Below are positions 58,268 to 64,000 of a stretch of DNA of 64,000 nucleotides, piece by piece. Each line of letters begins with the position of its first letter. Within the stretch, counting starts at the first letter, position 1. This DNA is from an uncultured Gemmatimonadales bacterium (lineage in GTDB: Bacteria > Gemmatimonadota > Gemmatimonadetes > Gemmatimonadales > Gemmatimonadaceae). Both the position numbers and the translations under genes were made by a program. The stretch covers positions 4,000,001 to 4,064,000 of the forward strand of contig OY969695.1 of the NCBI GenBank assembly GCA_963701965.1. The letters run 5' to 3'. The notes under the pieces are model-generated. The model was given only the letters and a program-made list of their open reading frames with translations, did no database searches and was not told the DNA's origin.

Positions 58268-59032
58268 GTGGGACTGTCGCCACAATGTACCGGCCCGTCC
58301 GGGCGGCTACCAGCGAGGCGGAGGCCGGATTGGCCTCGCGCCGCGCCGCGCGTCATCGCCCTCGCCACGTTGGCCGGCGCGCTGCTCGCGCCCGCCGCGA
58401 GCGCGCAATCGACGGCGAAAAAGCCCGCGGCAAAGTCCACCGCGCCCGCCAAGTCCCCTGCGCCCGCCAAGCCCAAAGCCGCGAAGCCGGCGGCGCCCAA
58501 GGCGCCCGGAGACACGGAGACGGGAGAGCCTCTCGTCGCCAGCGGAGGGAGCGTCGCCGTGCACGACACCCCCAATGGCGCGTCGATCGCGACCCTCGGC
58601 TCCGGCGCGTTCGTGACGGCGATCGCCCGTGACCGCGGTTGGGTGCGGGTGCGCGTCGACGGGTGGGTCAAAGACGACTCACTGGCACCCGCGCGCGGCG
58701 CGACCCGCGCGCTGAGCGCGGCCGACTTGCGCACTGACCCGCAGGGCGCGAAGGGCAAGACGGTGCGGTGGGACGTGCAGATCCTCGCGATGCAGACCGC
58801 CGATCCGTTACACCATGACCTGTCACCCGATGAACCGTATCTGTTGGCCCGCGGTCCTGGTCCGGAGAGCGCGCTGCTCTACGTCGCGATTCCGCCGTCT
58901 CTGCTCGCCTCGGCCCGCGCCATCGCCGCCGGTGCCCCGACGACGGTGGCCCTGATCGCGACCGTCCGCGTCGGCAAGAGCGAGCCGGTCGGCGTTCCGG
59001 TGCTGGACGCCCAGAGCCTGGTCCGACGCTGA
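58268..59032 (+). CDS. Exported hypothetical protein with SH3b-like segment (start uncertain)
   Basis: Signal-like VIALATLAGALLAPAASA|Q, Lys/Pro/Ala linker, TPNGASIATL..RDRGWVRVRVDGWV SH3-like motif. Confidence 0.65.
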   Translation: MGLSPQCTGPSGRLPARRRPDWPRAAPRVIALATLAGALLAPAASAQSTAKKPAAKSTAPAKSPAPAKPKAAKPAAPKAPGDTETGEPLVASGGSVAVHDTPNGASIATLGSGAFVTAIARDRGWVRVRVDGWVKDDSLAPARGATRALSAADLRTDPQGAKGKTVRWDVQILAMQTADPLHHDLSPDEPYLLARGPGPESALLYVAIPPSLLASARAIAAGAPTTVALIATVRVGKSEPVGVPVLDAQSLVRR

Positions 59033-59820
59033 GCGCCGACGGCGAGACTCCGGGTCCGGCGCCGTCCCCGATCACGCCGCCGCCTCGGCGGCGGGCTCCC
59101 GCACCGCCAGGACGGTCCCGGCCCTCCACCGAGCGCCGGCGCCCGCGATGGAGTCAATTCCGGATCGCGTACCCTGGGCTCCTGGCCAGCCTCTGGCTGG
59201 CGCTCGCGGTGCTCACGGCCCTCGACAGCTACCTGCTGTATCAGCGCGCGACCTACGCGCAGGAGATCCAACGCCTCCGGAGCGGCATGACCGCCGTCGA
59301 ACGACGGTCCGCCGATCTCGCCCTGGCCGAGAACGAGAACAAGCTCCGGGTGATGGTGGCGCTCATTCGGCGGCAAGCCCAGGGTGACCGGCAGCTGCAC
59401 CTCTCGGTGCAGGTCGATAGCGGCGTCATGACGCTGGAGCAGGATGGCGTCGTCCTGCGCGAGATGCCCATCCGCGTCGGCCCCGAGCGCCGGGTCGGCG
59501 TGCCGCCCGACACGGTGCGGATGGTCGCGCCGCGGGGGACGCGCACGGTGGAGAAGCTGATGACCGCCGACAGCGTGTGGGACGTGCCGAAATGGATCTA
59601 CGCCGACCGCGGCTTGCCCGCCGATTCCACCCGCGTGCGGGGCGCGCTGGGCGATGCGGCGGTCGTGCTCAATGGCGGGACGGTGATCTACGGCGAGCCG
59701 CAAACGGGTCCCCTCGCGGACACGTCGTACGTGCTGCCCGGCGGCGTCCGCGCCCGCGAAGCGGACATCAAGGCCATCGGGGCGAATCTCAAGCCTGGCA
59801 CGAGCGTCTACTTTTATTGA
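59029..59820 (+). CDS. YkuD (L,D-transpeptidase)-fold membrane protein lacking the catalytic His/Cys; probable CTG start
   Basis: Frame is open from CTG 59029 (CTGA overlap) through a TM helix. YkuD-like strands (LSVQVDSGVMTL, APRG, PGTSVYFY), but VLPGGVRA replaces SHGCVR. Confidence 0.65.
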   Translation: MSADGETPGPAPSPITPPPRRRAPAPPGRSRPSTERRRPRWSQFRIAYPGLLASLWLALAVLTALDSYLLYQRATYAQEIQRLRSGMTAVERRSADLALAENENKLRVMVALIRRQAQGDRQLHLSVQVDSGVMTLEQDGVVLREMPIRVGPERRVGVPPDTVRMVAPRGTRTVEKLMTADSVWDVPKWIYADRGLPADSTRVRGALGDAAVVLNGGTVIYGEPQTGPLADTSYVLPGGVRAREADIKAIGANLKPGTSVYFY

Positions 59821-60668
59821 TGACCCAGGCCCTGCGCCACGGGAGCAGACTGCTCTGGATACTGGGCCTGGCCGTGCTCGGCACCTTTGCCGCGTCGGTC
59901 TGGCTGGTGGGCGACGTCGTGCGCGAGCACTTTCGGCGTGACATCATGCGCATGGCCTTCAATCACAATCTCGAGCTGCTCGACGACGTGACCCGGAGCG
60001 TCGGCGCCGTGCGCGACACGCTAGCCGCCAGTCGGGACGCGAGTCCCGAGTCGCCCGACGACAAGCCGTACATCGTGGTCAGCATCGAGGATCATCGCCT
60101 CTGGTACAAGCAGGGCCCACGGACGCTGTTCACGGCCCGCGTCGCCACGGGCAGCGGCAAAGAGCTGGTCAACGAGGGCGGCGTACACTGGAAATTCGAG
60201 ACGCCGCGCGGCCGCCTCCTGGTGCAGACCAAGGAGATGGACCCCGTCTGGGTGCCGCCCGACTGGCACTACATGGAGCTGGCGAAGATGAAGCAGCTGG
60301 GGACGATCAAGCTCCAGCGCGGGCAGACCATTCCGCTCCAGGGCGGCGCCAAGATCGTCGTGATCGGGAACGACGTCGCGACGCAGTTTCCGGATGGCCA
60401 TACCGAGCCGTTCGAGGTGCACGAAGGCAAGGAGATCGTGGCCAATGGCAACCTCATCATTCCGCCGTTCGGCACGAATCAGCGCAAGTACATCGGCACT
60501 TTGGGGGTCGAGCGGCTGTATCTAGGGGATGGGTACGGCCTGCACGGCACGGACGAGCCCGCAACGATTGGACAGTCGGCCAGTCATGGATGCGTGCGTC
60601 TTCGCAACGAGGACATCGAGACGCTCTTCCGCATCGTCCCTATCGGGACTGTTGTTTACATCTACTAA
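59820..60668 (+). CDS. L,D-transpeptidase (YkuD family)
   Basis: IVVSIEDHRL, VATG, ETPRG, YGLHGT..SASHGCVRL, VPIGTVVYIY. Confidence 0.93.
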   Translation: MTQALRHGSRLLWILGLAVLGTFAASVWLVGDVVREHFRRDIMRMAFNHNLELLDDVTRSVGAVRDTLAASRDASPESPDDKPYIVVSIEDHRLWYKQGPRTLFTARVATGSGKELVNEGGVHWKFETPRGRLLVQTKEMDPVWVPPDWHYMELAKMKQLGTIKLQRGQTIPLQGGAKIVVIGNDVATQFPDGHTEPFEVHEGKEIVANGNLIIPPFGTNQRKYIGTLGVERLYLGDGYGLHGTDEPATIGQSASHGCVRLRNEDIETLFRIVPIGTVVYIY

Positions 60669-60672
60669 TAGC

Positions 60673-61719
60673 ATGTCAGGGGGAGCTATCGAAGTGAGAT
60701 CGGCGCTTCGCGTTTTGTTCGGATTGGCGGTGATGGTGCCCGGCGTGGCGTTGGCGGCGATACCGGCCGACACTGTGCGGCCGGACAGCGTCCGCGCCGA
60801 TACGGGGAGTGGCTCCGTGGTGGAGTCCTTCTTCGGTCGGAGCGGCAAGCTGCGCGCGCATTTCGTGTCCGAAGCGCGCCACCCGCTGGAGATTCCCCTC
60901 GTGCGGCGGCTGTTCGGCGACACGGCGACGGTGGCGGCGGGCGTCTACACGCTGCTCGACAGCGCCGTGGGGCGGTCGTTCGCGTTCATCACCATGATCC
61001 CGTTCACGACGAAGGCGCACGGGCGCATCGGCGATTATCGCGTCGGCTTCTGGCCCGCCGAGCGCCATCGCCAGCGCGCAGCGTGGAGCTTGGCGAAGCC
61101 AAGCTCAGTTCAACCGACAGCGTCCAATCGCGCGGAGCGCGACTTGGAGGCGTACGAGAACCCGGACGGCTTCATTCGCGTCACGTCGGACAACGAAGAT
61201 ACGCCCATCTCCGAGCACTTCGCGCTCCGCGACTTCCTGACGCACGATCAGGAGGACGTCTGGCCGAAGTATCTCGTGTTGCGCGAAGAACTGGTCGACA
61301 AGCTGGAACTGATTATGGACGATCTCCAGTCCCACGGCCACCCGGTCGCGCGGCTGGTGGTGTTGTCCGGGTTCCGGACGCCCGAGTACAACATCCAAGG
61401 CGTCGGCCGTCGCGGCGGTCGGGCGCTCGATAGTCGCCATCAGTTTGGCGACGCCGCCGACGTCTACGTCGACAACGGGTCCGGCCGCATGGCCGATCTC
61501 AATGGCGACGGACGCGTCGACACGCGCGACGTACGCGTCCTCATGGAGTCCGTTGAGCGCGTCGAGGCCGAGCATCCAGAGTTGGTGGGAGGGGAAGGGA
61601 TCTACCGCGCCAACCGGCAACACGGCCCGTTCCTGCACGTCGACGTGCGCGGCTGGCCCGCGCGATGGGCTCTTCTCGAGCCGACGCGCTCCCACAAGAC
61701 GCGGAGACATGCGACGTGA
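60673..61719 (+). CDS. Peptidase M15A/YcbK-like zinc peptidoglycan peptidase
   Basis: SEHFALRDF, SGFRTPEYN, SRHQFGDAAD, FLHVDVRG. Confidence 0.85.
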   Translation: MSGGAIEVRSALRVLFGLAVMVPGVALAAIPADTVRPDSVRADTGSGSVVESFFGRSGKLRAHFVSEARHPLEIPLVRRLFGDTATVAAGVYTLLDSAVGRSFAFITMIPFTTKAHGRIGDYRVGFWPAERHRQRAAWSLAKPSSVQPTASNRAERDLEAYENPDGFIRVTSDNEDTPISEHFALRDFLTHDQEDVWPKYLVLREELVDKLELIMDDLQSHGHPVARLVVLSGFRTPEYNIQGVGRRGGRALDSRHQFGDAADVYVDNGSGRMADLNGDGRVDTRDVRVLMESVERVEAEHPELVGGEGIYRANRQHGPFLHVDVRGWPARWALLEPTRSHKTRRHAT

Positions 61720-62029
61720 ACGAGCTGTTGCGGGAGCGGATCGACCGGCAACTCGACGCCTTGACTGACGAGCGCCTGTATCAGGTGCTCGATTACGTCG
61801 AGTTTCTGAGCTCCCGGTATGCGGAGCGGCAGAACCCATCGCCGAACGCGTTTCAGCGCTTCGCCGAGGGCGTCGAAGACCGGTTGCGCGCGGGGCGCAT
61901 TTCCACCGCGACCATCGCCGAGACCATGAATCTCTTGAATCGCGCCATGGGGGTACTGGGTGGAGTCGCGGCAGCTGGCAAGTCTGTTGCAACGGACTTG
62001 GTCGATGCCGTCAACAAGGAGAACAACAA

Positions 62030-62033
<4 letters not shown>
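61716..62033 (+). CDS. Small hypothetical protein (DUF2281-like N-terminus)
   Basis: LDALTDERLYQVLDYVEFLSSRY; GTG overlapping the upstream stop. Confidence 0.6.

Positions 62034-64000
<1,967 letters not shown>

Overview
High-GC bacterial chromosomal window. Gene content and synteny suggest Gemmatimonadota (inference). It is mostly housekeeping: type IV pilus pilMNOPQ-aroC-aroK, smg-topA-(KirBac)-trmFO-xerC-hslVU-argF-bcp, a minor-pilin operon, mog plus a sigma-54 activator, moxR, the Fo/delta half of an ATP synthase operon, peptidases, cstA, an ETF/acyl-CoA dehydrogenase cluster, moeA-dacB-mobA-queD, gpmI, an L,D-transpeptidase/M15 cluster and guaB. The most notable signals are: (1) a ~5 kb lower-GC island (~23.85-29.1 kb) with an unannotated 31-aa hydrophobic peptide gene behind a perfect RBS, enclosed by a long-range RNA stem, directly upstream of a membrane HD-GYP phosphodiesterase and facing a SARP/STAND regulator, which is a candidate peptide-to-c-di-GMP signalling system; (2) a ~165-nt structured RNA upstream of the minor-pilin operon whose 15-bp closing stem is mutually exclusive with an RBS-sequestering hairpin; (3) a 75-nt hairpin over the acyl-CoA dehydrogenase start; (4) recurrent leaderless-type promoters; (5) a catalytically dead L,D-transpeptidase paralogue with an apparent CTG start. 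Two clear single-base frameshifts (aroC, SARP/STAND) may be sequencing errors. No tRNA, rRNA, CRISPR array or transposase was seen. All calls come from reading the sequence and translations; no searches were run.
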